Shown: positions 24,809-37,689, counted from the stretch's first letter. The stretch is DNA of 64,000 nt from Lama glama (GCA_028534125.1 CM052816.1:100318001-100382000), one strand, 5' to 3'. Program-made: numbers and translations. The notes: a model not told the origin generated them from the letters alone.

Positions 24809-25624
24809 CAGTGGTGCGCTGGCCAGCGCGCCTGATGTCGGCCAGGATGGACACACTCGCGCGTGCACCAGCAGTAGGTAGCAGAGACTCACCTGCAGCA
24901 GCTGTGGTGGTACAGAGACGTGAGTGTGCTGGTCTGGGACTCCGTGAAACACTGGACACGTGTAGCCACAGCACACGTACAACAGAGTTATACATGGTCT
25001 GAGCATTTCCGTTCAAGTCAGAGCCCCGGATGACCAGCTCTAGAAGGTAAAAAGCAGTCGGCGATTCCTGCTGAGGACAGAGGCAGATTAGGCCAGGACC
25101 AAGGCTGGTGTCAAACTTACTTAATGGTGCTCGTGAGGAGACAGCGGGGGCAACACCCCACGCCCCTCTCCCGTGGCCAGCGGGAGTCAAGCCCGTCCCC
25201 GGCCCACTGCAAACGCAGACTCTCAGCTCACTCAGGTGCCAGGAGCTCACTGGAGCCCAGTGGGATGGTGGCGGCTGTCCCTTCGTCAGCGTGTATGGGG
25301 TCACTTGGACGGTCAGAGTCCCTCGTGCCCGTTACTCCTGTGAGTCAGGAGGGGCCGCAGATCCTTGCAGAAGAGAATCCATCACTGCTCCCCTTTGCCA
25401 ATGAAGAGGGGCGCCTCCCGCTCCCCTCAGATGTGGCTGACAGACGAGACCAAGCAGCTCCCAAACCCCCAATTACCACTTAGCTCAATCAAGCTCCATT
25501 TCCCCCCAAAATGTCTGTCCCTGAGTTGGTCACAGACACTCTTAGGACTCTGCTTTTCTGTACAAAGGAAGATGGAGTCCTTCATCAGGAGCCAATGAGA
25601 GGTTTCCACCTGGAGCCCCCAGAT

Positions 25625-25730
25625 CGGTGGAGCGCGCGTTCCCGGCAGGCGCGGCCCCGCCTGTGCGCCCCTCCGGCAGCCCGCTGTCCTCGCGAGCGCC
25701 GCCGCCCCGCCCCCACTGCTAGCGCCCAGT
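25625..25730. promoter_or_regulatory. Small CpG-dense patch with GC boxes
   Basis: gcgcgcg, ggccccgcc, cgcgagcgccgccgccccgccccc (SP/KLF-type); only about 100 bp long. Confidence 0.45.
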
Positions 25731-26191
25731 GAGACTGGCTGGGAGAAAAATAGTGAACACTAACTCCTGGGACGAACTGCTAGAAGTCTGGTGGCCCCGT
25801 TCTTGGCGATTTTAAATTAAAAATCTAAAATTTTTTAATTAAGTAAAAAAAAAAATGAGTCCTGGGTAGGTAGCACATGCACTTGGTACAAACTCACAGG
25901 GTTTGTGACGGGGTGACGCTCAGCCCCAGGTCCTCTCAGCGGGGTCAGGGTCCCCGCTGGGGCTTAGCCGTGAGGCCCCACCCAGCTCCGGCTTGCAGCT
26001 GTCCCGGGCTGGTTCCCACCTGGGTGTCCACGCTGGGCTCTGACCGCGGAGGAACCAGGGCCTGAGGGGGCTGGGAGATGGTCTGCCCCGCCTTCCATGT
26101 AGGAGGAACCCTACCTTAACTGCAGCGCGCTTCCTTCCCCGGTGATGACCACGCCTCAGACAGAGCTCGCGGATGGAGAAGGCTGGCCAGA

Positions 26192-26282
26192 GGCATTTGG
26201 GGAAACGGAGGCACAGAGAGATTCGGTGGCCTGCCCAATTGTGGGCGGCTGAGCTGGGACTTGGCGTCCAGAGTTCGGCTCC
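26192..26282 (-). mobile_element. MIR SINE core remnant
   Basis: ggggaaacggaggcacagagagattcggtggcctgccca...gagctgggactt resembles the antisense MIR core (gaggaaactgaggcacagagaggttaagtgacttgccca). Confidence 0.6.
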
Positions 26283-29200
26283 TGCGTCTGCCCTTGACCC
26301 TCAGCCCGCCCGCCCTGTGCAGCCGGATTAGCTGCACTGGCTGCCTGCCTGCTGTGGGCCGTCGTTCCAGTGCGGCCCCTCCCGTCTCATGACCTGCTGC
26401 CAGCTGTGCACACTGGGGCTGGGGGCTGTGGGCGCACGGACCCCTGGAAGGGACAGGGTCCAGCAGGTCACCCCACACCCCCACCTGCCTCCTCCCCAGA
26501 AAAGGCAGCCCCACTCAAGCACCGGCTCCCCCTGCGGAGGGGCCAGGGCCTTCTCCAGGCAGAGCCGGGCCAGGGGTCCCTGCGGAGAGGACGCGAGGGA
26601 GGAAGGGGGGGAACCGCAAGCAGGTCAGGGACAAACACGTGAGGCCCCCTCTGAAGCCTACTGGGAAAATGCGGTTGTGCACAGAGGGGTGGGCTCGGAG
26701 GACCACCGGCCAAGTCCCAAGTGGAGAGGGCAGGGTTCCCGGGAGGAGCAGGAGGGAGACTTCTGGTAGGGGGGTGGGGAGTGGGACCCACAGGAGTGCG
26801 GAGCCCCTGCTGGAGGGAAAGGAAGGGCAGGTGATGGGGGCCGGGTGGCAGGGCACATGTGGGTTCTGAGTTTTACTCTGGGCCTGATGAGAAGCCCTGC
26901 TGAGGCTCTGAGCCGGGAGCCACCGTGATCTAAGCTACATCGTAAACCCGTGACGGCTGAGTGGCAAGGAGCCGTTCTGTGTCTTGCTTTTCTTCCGTCC
27001 TTGCCACTGGGCCCTCCAAGCAGTGGAGCCCACCTGCTTGACGAGGACCAGCTGGTGTGTGGCCGTCTCAGCTCTCTGGGTGGAACTGAGGAGACAGAGA
27101 CTGAATCAGCCACCAGCACCTAGGGGGCTGTGTTTAGTGAAGTCTGGGGACCCTGTCTCCAGATCTACCTGCAGGTTCCGAGACTAAAATCGTACCTTGT
27201 GAGCACAGTGAAGTCCATTTCCACGTGGACTCTGGTCTGGAGGCAGGACAGGCTCTGCCAAGAGCAGGAGCGCGCAGAGAAGAACCACAGAGCCTGCTAC
27301 CCGCCCCTCGGGAGGAAGCTCGCGGGGCATCGGGAGGGGCACCGTGGTCCTGCAGCCCCCGGTCATGAGGGAGGATGAGCCACCCAGGGACTGGGCGGGA
27401 CGTGGACACACGGACCTGGGCGGCTTCTTGGTCACCTGGAGTTTTCCTTTAAGAAAGAGAAAGGAAGGGTGGTTGAACACTCAGACAGAGGGGAAGGTCC
27501 CCAGCTCCCCAGGTAAAGCCATATGTTCGTATAGACAATTTAAGTTCAGAGTATGTGTGTTTTCCATCATTCATTTAAAAAAATCTTATCTCCATTGCCT
27601 AGAGTCACTTAAACGTAACTCGTCAATGAGACAATCGCCCTGAAGGCAAACTCCACAGAAGTGACTGCACTGGGCGGAAGAAGGGTCATTCGCGTTTCAC
27701 GTCCTCTGGCGACTTCGCTGTAAAAATCCTGACAGCACCCGAAGTCTGTCACAGTCCCCCCAGTGCCAGGAGCTGGAGGTGAGCAGGGGACGACCCCCGT
27801 GGCCTCGGCCTCATCCTGGAGGTGCAGGCTCCTGGTGGGGACATTTGTTTAAACCACAGAGCTCTCACTGATGCCTGCACTCTATGAAACATTAATTCAT
27901 GATTTCCTTAATATCTTATTGATTTCCCCTCCAAAGGCCAGAGGTTAAGAAACTCCATAAAAGCGTCCCGGCAATTTATTGCCGCCCCTTTAAGACATTA
28001 CAGTAACTCAGGACTGTTCGCCTCCCCATTGTCTTCTCTCTTAGGCTGCGGTTCAGACGACACATTTACCTCTTCTGTGAACCGCATGTGAACTGGTTTT
28101 TAAATGTGGTGTCCAGAGAAATGCCCCAGCCTTGTTTCTGAATGGTTACACATCCTGCTTTCAGTGAAACGATGGGCTGTGCAGGGACCCCTGGGCGTCC
28201 ACACTGGGGGCTTCGGTCTGGACGACCACTTGCACCAAAGAGGTCTTCACAGAGCCTTATCTCACTCGTTCTGACGGTGGACGACCGACCATGACTCGTG
28301 TTCTTCTTGTGCGCTTTGTTTATTTGTTTTTAGGAAATGACCCGTGGAGACAGCAAAGCTAGGGTCACTGCAGGAGGCGCCCTCCGGACCGGACCTCAAC
28401 TCCCATCTGCTAACTGGCCGCCCGCCGCGTGCTCTGTCCGCTTTGTGCCACAGCCCCCGTTCAGCGGGGCCGCAGCTACGTCCATAGACGCTGAATGTTT
28501 GATTCACTTCCAACCCCAAGGGAATTTCCCAGAAAGTGGGAGGCAGAGAATCACCAACCTAGGGGTGAAAAAGGGAAACCATTTTGCAATTTGAAGGAAA
28601 CATTTGTTACTGGAAATGCAGGTGAAAACCTCAATGCCTTTAACTGCATTATTTGGCTTGAATGGGCAGAGACTGGAGAGCTTCCATTAACCTGGCTAGG
28701 AAAGTAGATAACCTCAAACGGCAGCGTGGCCCCAGCCTCCAGGGGGGCCTGGCCGAGGTCTGTGACGGCGTCTCTGAGGCGGAGCCCGCGGCCCCAGCCC
28801 AGGGAGACGACCAGCTCAGTTACAGAGGAGGGTAAGTGCTGGTCGGAGGGAGCTTTGGCTTTTTTTTCCTTCCTTTTTTCAATCTTCAGCTCAGGCTTCA
28901 ACTGAGCAAATCTCTGGGAAGCTTAGAGATAAGAAAATCGACCGTCTAAAAATAGTGCATTTCTAAAGCTGCATCCTTGGACCAGAATCTCTCCTCCCCT
29001 GTTTTAAGTAGATACTTGGAAAGATTTTTTTTTTTGCTATCAAGTTTCAATTTAGATCTATCAGCTGGAGCATCTGGAGGCAAGCTTTGCCCTCTCACTT
29101 GGAAATCTAGTATTTTAAGATGATCTCTTACTCAACAGAATGAGCGGCCCACACGGGAGGTTCATGTGTGCAGACCCCACCTCCGGCTCCCCCACGAAGG

Positions 29201-30529
29201 CACAGCCGATGTTCTGGGAATGACCGAGTGTCTGATGGGTACGTTGGTTCACTATTTTTTCTTTCAGTGAAAACACTCCAGGACCAAGGTATGTGGCTCA
29301 CGTATTCACTGAGTCCAGTCTTGCTAGAAAGAGGAGTCGAAAGGCATTATGATCTGAAATACTATGCTCTGTGGGGTTTCAGTAAACAAATCAGAGAATC
29401 TAAATGGGAGTCACTTGACTTCTTGAAGTTTTTCCGAGTCATGTGTGTTCTTTCCACCACATTTGAAATAGCGTTGGTATTTTAAATTAGGTGGTAGCAA
29501 ATATTGTTTTCCTTTTTTAAAAAGCTTGACAAGGATTGACTAGACCCGGTTGTTATTATTGGTTTATAAAAGGACACCCATAGCCTGTGGCCACGTCTCT
29601 TTAAATCTGCGCACCCGCAGCGCGGGCAGCCGGGCAGCCCTGGGCGCTGAGGTCGGACCTGATGCGCTGGCTGGAGCTCTCCGAGGTCCTGCAGCTCAGA
29701 AGTCCGCTCGGGAGGACGCATGCCACCGCAGGGCTGCATTTCACTCCAGAGTCAGACTTAAACCTTTCGGAACCTCATGTGGGAGTAAAGGTGACCTTGT
29801 GGTCTCTTCGTGGAGGTGAAAGCTCTCCAAGATGAGGGCTGATTGGCAGGGACATCCCCAGCATGTGGCTGCAGCCGTGCGAGCAGGAGCCACTGCCAGC
29901 ACCACCACCATTGCCCTGGTCCACTCGCTGTCATGCAAACAGGACCTCCTACCCCGAACCGGGGGAGCCTGAGACCTGCCCCCGGCCCAGAGGCACACGC
30001 ACACTGGGGACCAGGAGGACGGCGTCTCACAGCGTCGAGTATCTGGAGAACATGTCTGAAGTCAGCTCTGGGTCTGCCGTGGACTCCTAACAGCCGCACA
30101 GCACCTCGGGTCCAGACACGGTAACACTGCATTTCCTTGGATGGGTGGTTTATCATCTTGGACTTACAGACATGGAGACAGATGCTTAGAGAGGTGAGTG
30201 GATGAACCACAGGGCAATAGACGCCCAACAGCAGTGGGACATGAAGCCAAACACAGCCACACTTTACAGTCGTCTGGGTCTTGGGATCACAGAGCTTTCA
30301 GGTCAACAGAACCCACCCACCGGGATAGACATCGGCCTCTCCTAATAGAAATCAGACCGTCTGGGCCTCCCTTGAAGAACAGTCAGATCCCTAGATTATG
30401 GGAACATCCAATGGACAGAAGCATTTGAAAGATTATTGATAAATTATATGTAGCAAGAATCTAAGAAGACATAATTGTATCTTAACTAAAAAACTGCTAG
30501 TTGTTAACATATAACAATTTAAAGTATGA

Positions 30530-30891
30530 ACGATTTCAGAGTCCACAGGTTAAGTCACATCATGCGGTTTTGTCTTTGTCTGAATGATTTCACCATCGTG
30601 ATACCCTCAAGTCCATCCATGTTGCTGCAAATGACAAAACTTCATTTTTCATGGCTGAGTAGTAGTCTCCTGAACATACACACCACATCTTCTGTATCCA
30701 GGCATCTGTTGATGGACACTTGGGTTGCTTTCATATCTTGGCTATTGTAAATAGTGTTTCTATGAACACTGGGGTACATGCATTTTTTCAAATTAATGTT
30801 TTCATTTTCTTTGGATACATGCCCAGGAGTGGAATTGCTGGACCATATGTCAGCTCTATTTCTAATTTTTTCAGAAACCTCCGTACTCCTG
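30530..30891 (-). mobile_element. LINE-1 ORF2 C-terminus / 3'UTR fragment, cut by assembly gap
   Basis: tccatccatgttgctgcaaatg...gatggacacttgggttgctttcatatcttggctattgtaaatagtg...ccaggagtggaattgctgga. The minus strand encodes decayed ORF2 C-terminal motifs (PAIPLLG, KQPKCPS). Confidence 0.92.
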
Positions 30892-31391
30892 NNNNNNNNN
30901 NNNNNNNNNNNNNNNNNNNNNNNNNNNNNNNNNNNNNNNNNNNNNNNNNNNNNNNNNNNNNNNNNNNNNNNNNNNNNNNNNNNNNNNNNNNNNNNNNNNN
31001 NNNNNNNNNNNNNNNNNNNNNNNNNNNNNNNNNNNNNNNNNNNNNNNNNNNNNNNNNNNNNNNNNNNNNNNNNNNNNNNNNNNNNNNNNNNNNNNNNNNN
31101 NNNNNNNNNNNNNNNNNNNNNNNNNNNNNNNNNNNNNNNNNNNNNNNNNNNNNNNNNNNNNNNNNNNNNNNNNNNNNNNNNNNNNNNNNNNNNNNNNNNN
31201 NNNNNNNNNNNNNNNNNNNNNNNNNNNNNNNNNNNNNNNNNNNNNNNNNNNNNNNNNNNNNNNNNNNNNNNNNNNNNNNNNNNNNNNNNNNNNNNNNNNN
31301 NNNNNNNNNNNNNNNNNNNNNNNNNNNNNNNNNNNNNNNNNNNNNNNNNNNNNNNNNNNNNNNNNNNNNNNNNNNNNNNNNNNNNNNNNNN
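30892..31391. other. Assembly gap (500 N)
   Basis: Exactly 500 N. Confidence 0.99.
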
Positions 31392-34014
31392 GTCTTTGTC
31401 TTTGTTGGAAGTGGATGTGCTTGGCCATGAGAAGACAGATGTTTGCAGTGTGGGTGATGCTCGGAACGTGATTCTGTGGGTGACGCTCAGAATGTGATCC
31501 TGCACGTGTAAGGGTGACAAGGGGCACTCAGAGACCAGCTGGAAACCCGGGCACCGCGCTCAGCCTCTCGCTGCCCCCGGGCCCGCCTGCCCCGTCTGTG
31601 AGCAGCCGGGGGCCGGTGCCTCCTCCCAGAAGGCAGGTGGGAACCTGCAAGTTATCTCACAGAGCCTTGGGGGTCCTCCCTGTACACTTTGAAGCATAAA
31701 TATGAACTTGAATTATAAATAAATATAATATTTTAAAGGAATAACAATAATAAAAGAAAGACATTGGTAATTCTCTTTTTTAAAATTTCCTCTCAGGTAA
31801 TCTTCATAAGGAGAAAGCTGCTAAGCAATAGGCGCCCCTAACCCTGGGAAGGCCTGCAGTCTGTCCAAATACAGGCTGCGCGGTGAATTTGAAGGGGGGA
31901 GGTCAAATGTGTAAAAGAAATTGGAGAAATCAAATGAAAATACTTTATTCTGCTCTATGTCCTATCTTACACACAAAACTTTAACACCATCCAGGATATT
32001 AGTGACCTTAAGTGACAACATGTGCGGGTTACTGTGGCAAGCCCGTCACCGGCAGAGAAAGCTCAGGCCGACGCACCCGTCGGGGTAGGGCCGGCCGCCG
32101 CCGCCGGCAGGTGAGGCGGTGGGCAGCACGGCTACAGCTGGACAGGCAGGGCCGGGCTGGAGGGCGAGGCGGGGAAAGAGACTTTGAAGGGGTAGGCGTT
32201 ACTGAATATTTATGTTTAAAAGCAAGTGAAGGACCGTTTAAAGGGTGTTTGCCTTGAGAGATTGCATTTGCTTTAATTATTTGGTTATTTGTTGTTCTGA
32301 TAGAGCGTTTACTACTCAAATGAAAACGGAGCTTTCAATAGATTTCACTTCTTTGAAAAAACAGCTCACTCAATTATTAAGTGAAACGTTCCTTTGTGAC
32401 TCTCTCCTGCCTCTGTCCTCGTGAGTCACCTCCTTGTGTGGGTTCCCAAGACGTTCCCAAGCTTCAGGAACCCAGTCGTCCTCAAGTGATCTGTTGATTG
32501 CTTTCCACTTAATTTCACCTGAAATCCTCGTGTTGTCCTTTTGGGAACCCCAGGCCTCGTCGCCAGGAGAGGCAGGCTGGGCCTTGCACCCCACCCCACA
32601 GGCAGTGCCGGGGCCCAGCCCAGCCTCCCAGCCTCCAAGTGCCCCTTGTTCCAGGTGAGCCAGGTTCGGGGCCTCAGGTGGCCGTGCTGGTCTTGGAGAA
32701 TGCAGCTTCCTCTCAGGCAGCCAGAGAGGTGGGGGGCCAAGACCTCATCGCAGCAGACCCACCCGCCCCCTCCCCGCCCCCTGCTCCTCTCAGCCCCCAA
32801 CCTGGCTGAGATTTCAAATCCTTGCAGACACCCTACATCTGTGTGTTGGTTTTGCCTGCTCCCCCCACTAGGTTTTACAGAAACTTCCACTTCCTCCCTA
32901 AAGACAGCTGGGCGGGCACAGGTGAACCCCAGTGTCCCTCTCTCTGGGGACACAGCTTGCACCATTCTCCCCACTAGGAATGACGTGGCCCGTTACACAT
33001 GCCCACCCAGCCCGCCAGTGGGCAGAGGCCCCTCTGGGCATCAGAGCCCCTCCCCCTGGGGTCCTCAGCAAGGCTGCGGGAGCATCAGGTAGCGGGCTGG
33101 GGCGCGGACACCAGCATTCTGCTCCCACCCAGATCCCGGGGGTTGTCACAGGCAGCCCCAGGGAGACCCCTCTTCCAGGCTTTGCCCTCAGTGGCGGCTC
33201 CACGCTGGGCAAGGGCAGCCGGTCTGCCCACCCGCAGGGGGTCACCAGGTCCCTCGAGGGCCTCAGTCGCTGAAGGCCGAGGGAATGGGCGCAGGGCTGG
33301 CTGAGTGAACAGACCAAGGATGAAGGGGTGGGGACTGAACCTGCTCTAGGGACTGAGATCCCAGCCCCGCTGCCTTCTGCCTGGTCTGGTTTTGACCCCC
33401 AGCCCTAGTTACCTGGGTTTGAAGCTCAGACCCTCCCCTCTGACTTCCCAGGTCCGTCACTAAGCTCCTGCATGTGAATCTCCACTGGCTCAAAATAACA
33501 CCCAGGCCAGGCCAGCATCCACCAGCAGTGCCCCCGCCGCCCGCCGCACAGCCACCAAACCCTGCTGGCCGCAGCGGCGCACAGTCACGTGCGCCAGCAC
33601 CCTCCAGTTGTTGGCTTCGCACTTTAGGTTTGAACACGATTGAAGTAGGCTTTTGAGGGCAGTGGTAACATCTAGCAGGGAGACCATCTTTCAGAATAAA
33701 AATCTGTCCACGTGACCCGGTTAGTGGAGTACGCCGACAAGGAAACAATGTCGAACATTAAAATCCGCACTGCGGCTGAGAGTCTGGGAGAGACGGCTAG
33801 CAGAACGACCCCTGGTCCCGCTCACCTGCCCGCCTCCCCCTGCGGGCCGTTGCTCAGGTTCACCGGGACCCCGCCGCTTGCTCCTGGGAAGTCATGCCCA
33901 TCCCTCTGGCTGGCCACGAAGCCCAGACTCCATTCTCGTCGGAGCACAAAGGACTCCCTGGATTAGCTTATTTCTATGGCAGGAAAACCAACAGGCACAT
34001 TTTCAAAAAGGATC

Positions 34015-34365
34015 GTGTGTCATTAATTCTTATTGATGCTGAAACTTTCCTTTTTAGCAAAACAAAAACTGTTGGGCGAGCCTGATACTCTGTCAATAGC
34101 AGGAAGGAAAATAAATGTTGAAACATGCTAAATAATCGCCCCACGGTACTTGTCCTAATGACCGTAAACTTCTACTATGCTAATTTTTCTCTGCACTTTT
34201 AATTACTGATCAATAATACTTTGCGGTTGACATTTAAAGATGCTGAAGCGCGTGTAGCAACACAGGCTGAGAGAAAGTCTACAACGTGGGACTGGATTTG
34301 CCAAATCAATAAGCTTTGCCATTTAACAAACAGTGGCATGCAAACAGCCACCAAGATTAGCAGGT
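34015..34365. promoter_or_regulatory. Candidate conserved non-coding element / enhancer
   Basis: Non-repetitive AT-rich patch inside GC-rich DNA, with multiple TAAT/ATTA cores, GATCAATA, AAATCAATA and ATGCAAA. Conservation not tested. Confidence 0.4.
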
Positions 34366-36605
34366 GTGAAGGACTGAGCCCCGAGGACGTCACTACTGGT
34401 TGAGGCCACCGGGCTGCACGGCCCCCACGGAGGCCCCAGCTGGGAAAAGCGGGGCGCCGCTGTCCCCGGCTCTGCCGCCCAGCCTCCTCGACTGACGGGA
34501 AACTGGGAAGAGGCAGGGCTCGATGGTCTGGAGGGAGAAGACCCTTCCAGGCGTGGGTGTGCCCCTCACTTAAAAGGCATCCCTTCATAAAAGTCAAAGA
34601 GTTTGCCCAGCGGACGTGACTGATGGGACCGTGAGGCATCAGGTGAAGATCTGTGCTCTCAGAGCCGTCCTCCTGTGGGCGTATCCGCATTGTGCCAACC
34701 ATCCCTGTGGCATTTAAGGAGCAGATGTGATGAAGCATCACCTACCTTGAAGACGGGAGGAAGGGACGACCGGGAACACCCATGCAGGCCTCGGGAACAC
34801 CAGCTTTTGCGGAGCGCTGCAGAGGAGCAAAGCCATCTTCACTTGCATTATTACGAGCAGTAGTAACAGATCTAGACCTGAAGTACCTCTAGCCTGTGGC
34901 CTAGTTGATGGAAGCCAAGCTTGTGGCGCCAGAAAATTCTTGGTAGGACACAGGAAATTGTTAATGCAAATTCCACAGCCACCAGAGACGTTTCCACGGC
35001 CTCTGAACGTGAGAACAGAGCCGAGTCCTCCTACGAGTCCCAGGCTTCCCAGAGAGCACTAACCGGCACTGGCATGTCAGGTCAGGGTTTCTGCAAAGGC
35101 CACAGAGACTTCATAGACTGGAATCTCCTTTCTCTCTCACAACCCAGCTCAGGAAGAATTGCAAGAAATCTCTGAAGAAATATCAGAAACTTTCCAGGCC
35201 TCTAGCTCTGTAACTTCAGTAGGAGTTCATTACGTGTCTGATGAACGGATTATCTGGGATTAAATTTTAAGGATTACAGTGTGTATGTCCACATCTTCAA
35301 ACAATGGAAGTACCCCTCAAGGCCATGATATTGCGGCTTAACTGAAACGCGCAGGTGACAAGGCGCGGCAGCTTGATGATTCCAGCCGGAAAGTCGCTGC
35401 CAGAATCACTAGGCAGCAGGCACTGGGGCCAACGAGTGAAGGTGGGCACTTACTGTTTCCCCTATCGCCTCGTAGTGGAAAATGGACTCAAACAAGGGGA
35501 ACTAACGGTTCCACTTGGGGAAATGTAACTTTACACGGAAGCAATTCTTCAGCGGCCTGCAAAGGTGCTCTGAGTGGGAAAGTGGCAGGCAGTCCCTGCA
35601 CGTGACCTGAGACTCCAGACAGTGTGCCCTTCGCAGCTGCTGCAGGTTTGTGACCACCTTCTCTTAGAATAAACCTAACACCCTAGTCACTAAAATGGCC
35701 TGTAAATACCCTCATGGCCACAACTGCTTTTCCAAGAAAGGTACTGAAATTTTTGCAGCTGTAATGGGATAACAGGGTGGTGTCAAATAGAGGAAGGATT
35801 CTGGGTGTGGGGAGGCTGTGATCAGCCGCCAGGGACCGAGGCCGTGGCAGTGACCCTCGGTCTGGTGTCTGTGCTCAGCTTTCAAATAGTGACGTTTGGC
35901 TCAATCGTCTTTTTGTTTTCTTTCTCTGGCAAAAAAAGGCTAAGAAGTAAGATAGTAAAATACAACACAAGTCTGAAATAGGAAAATGTAAAGACTCGGA
36001 AAATCCCTTCTCACGGGTTTGACCCCTAACTGTGTCCTGCTAACGTCCAAGCTCGCGCTCCGTCGTCCCCGCACTGTGGGGAAAGCGCCGCTGCGGACCG
36101 CCCACCGGCGAACTGATGCCGCTCGCGGTCGTTTTCCTCGGCCACCGCAGAGAGATCAGCTCTTTTGGACAGCAGTTGGGAATTTGGCTGGCAACTTGGG
36201 TCCAAATGTATCAAAACAGTAACTAAGGAAAATGATATTTAAATATCTGAAGAGGTAAAAACTACTAAAATTACTTAGCTCGTATCATAGACAGTCTAAG
36301 TAGCACAGACCCACCAAGGGTTACTCTTTGAAGCCGTGTCTCCAGGTGAAGGCACCTCATTAAGAGCTGATCTCTTAGTAGTCGGGCTGGGATGCAACTG
36401 CCACTCACGGGTGTGAACATTAATGCTCTCCCGATCAGGATTTCGTTTTCCTACAGCATCAGAAAGAAATTCCCCTTATGGTAGAGCCAACCCCTTCCCA
36501 AATCCACAGCCCCGATGACGGTCAGAGACAGAGGAGGTCTGACAAGTGGGGATGACCACACAGGCCCTGCAGGAGGTGGCCTTGCAGAGAGGTTGTGGAG
36601 ATAAA

Positions 36606-36787
36606 CGTGCGTGCCTGTGTGTGTGAGTGTGTGGTGTGTGTTAGTGAGTGTGAGTGTATGTGCCTGCATGCGTGTGCTGTGTGTGTGAAGTGTGTTGTGT
36701 GTGTTTGCACGTGTACATGTGTGCATTTGCATCTCCACTTGTATATGCACTTGCGTGTGTATGCATGTGTGTGCATACATGAGTGTT
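36606..36787. repeat. Degenerate (TG)n / purine-pyrimidine alternating tract
   Basis: gtgtgtgagtgtgtggtgtgtgttagtgagtgtgagtgtatgtgcctgcatgcgtgtg... Confidence 0.9.
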
Positions 36788-37109
36788 TGCCAGGACGCCA
36801 TCACTGTGTGCAGCAGGCACCTGGAGAGATCATTTCAGCCCCGTCAATTGACTCGTGTGCTTTCTCCCTGGGCTCCCTTATGGCTGAAGAACAGTCCAAA
36901 CACTGCTCAAGTATAAAGACATCTCCTACGCCATGCTTGTTCCACTGATCTGAAGTGACTTGGTCAATTCCGCATGATAATTTATCTACAAGATGTCTTT
37001 AAATTAAAAAATGCTATGTTTGCACCACAGAAGTAAATTAAATAATTTTAACTATGTGAGCTTCATACATAGAGAGGCAGCAATTGATAAAATTCAAATT
37101 TCTAAAATT

Positions 37110-37500
37110 CAAACAGAAGCATGGGAATGCAAACATTCTCCTAATATGAAAGGAGTTATCAATCAACAACAGACAAAATTTTAAATCAACAGACAAAATT
37201 ATAATTACAGGAAACACTAGGGTTACATTTTAAATTAGAATAAAAACAAGAATATCTGCAATCGCATTATTATTAAAGTTTATTTTGATGATTTAGGCCA
37301 ATGCAATAAGACATGAAACAGTAAACATACTTAAAGAAATTTTGAAAAACTAGTTTTTTTCTAGTTTTTTTTAAATTGACAATTCAAATTGTGTTTTGGA
37401 AACACAGAAAACAGAGATCAATTGTTTCACCTCTTTTGTAATCTAGTAATTCTACAACTGGAAGTTTTTCAAAGAAATCAAGTTCAAAACAAAGTAAGTG
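37110..37500 (+). mobile_element. Very old LINE-1 ORF2 fragment
   Basis: A-rich; aaattagaataaaaacaagaatatctgcaatcgcattattatt...taggccaatgcaataagacatgaaa. Confidence 0.5.
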
Positions 37501-37539
37501 TAAAGATACTTACATAGATGATAAAATGTGTAGCTTTGT

Positions 37540-37683
37540 GAGAACAGAGGTAGAATCTGGTGCCAGGCAGAAAGTCTAGATCACTTTTTACCAAATTGCC
37601 TGTGAAATATTGGGCAACTTATTTAATCATTCTGGGCCTCAGTTTCCTCATGTGTGAGATGGAGATAATCTTATATCTTACCC
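37540..37683 (+). mobile_element. MIR SINE
   Basis: ttgggcaacttatttaatcattctgggcctcagtttcctcatgtgtgagatggagataat is the MIR core. Confidence 0.8.
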
Positions 37684-37689
37684 CAGAGG

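Noticed and set aside
30642..31527. Long ORFs spanning the second gap
   Set aside because: N-gap artefact plus decayed L1 ORF2 sequence
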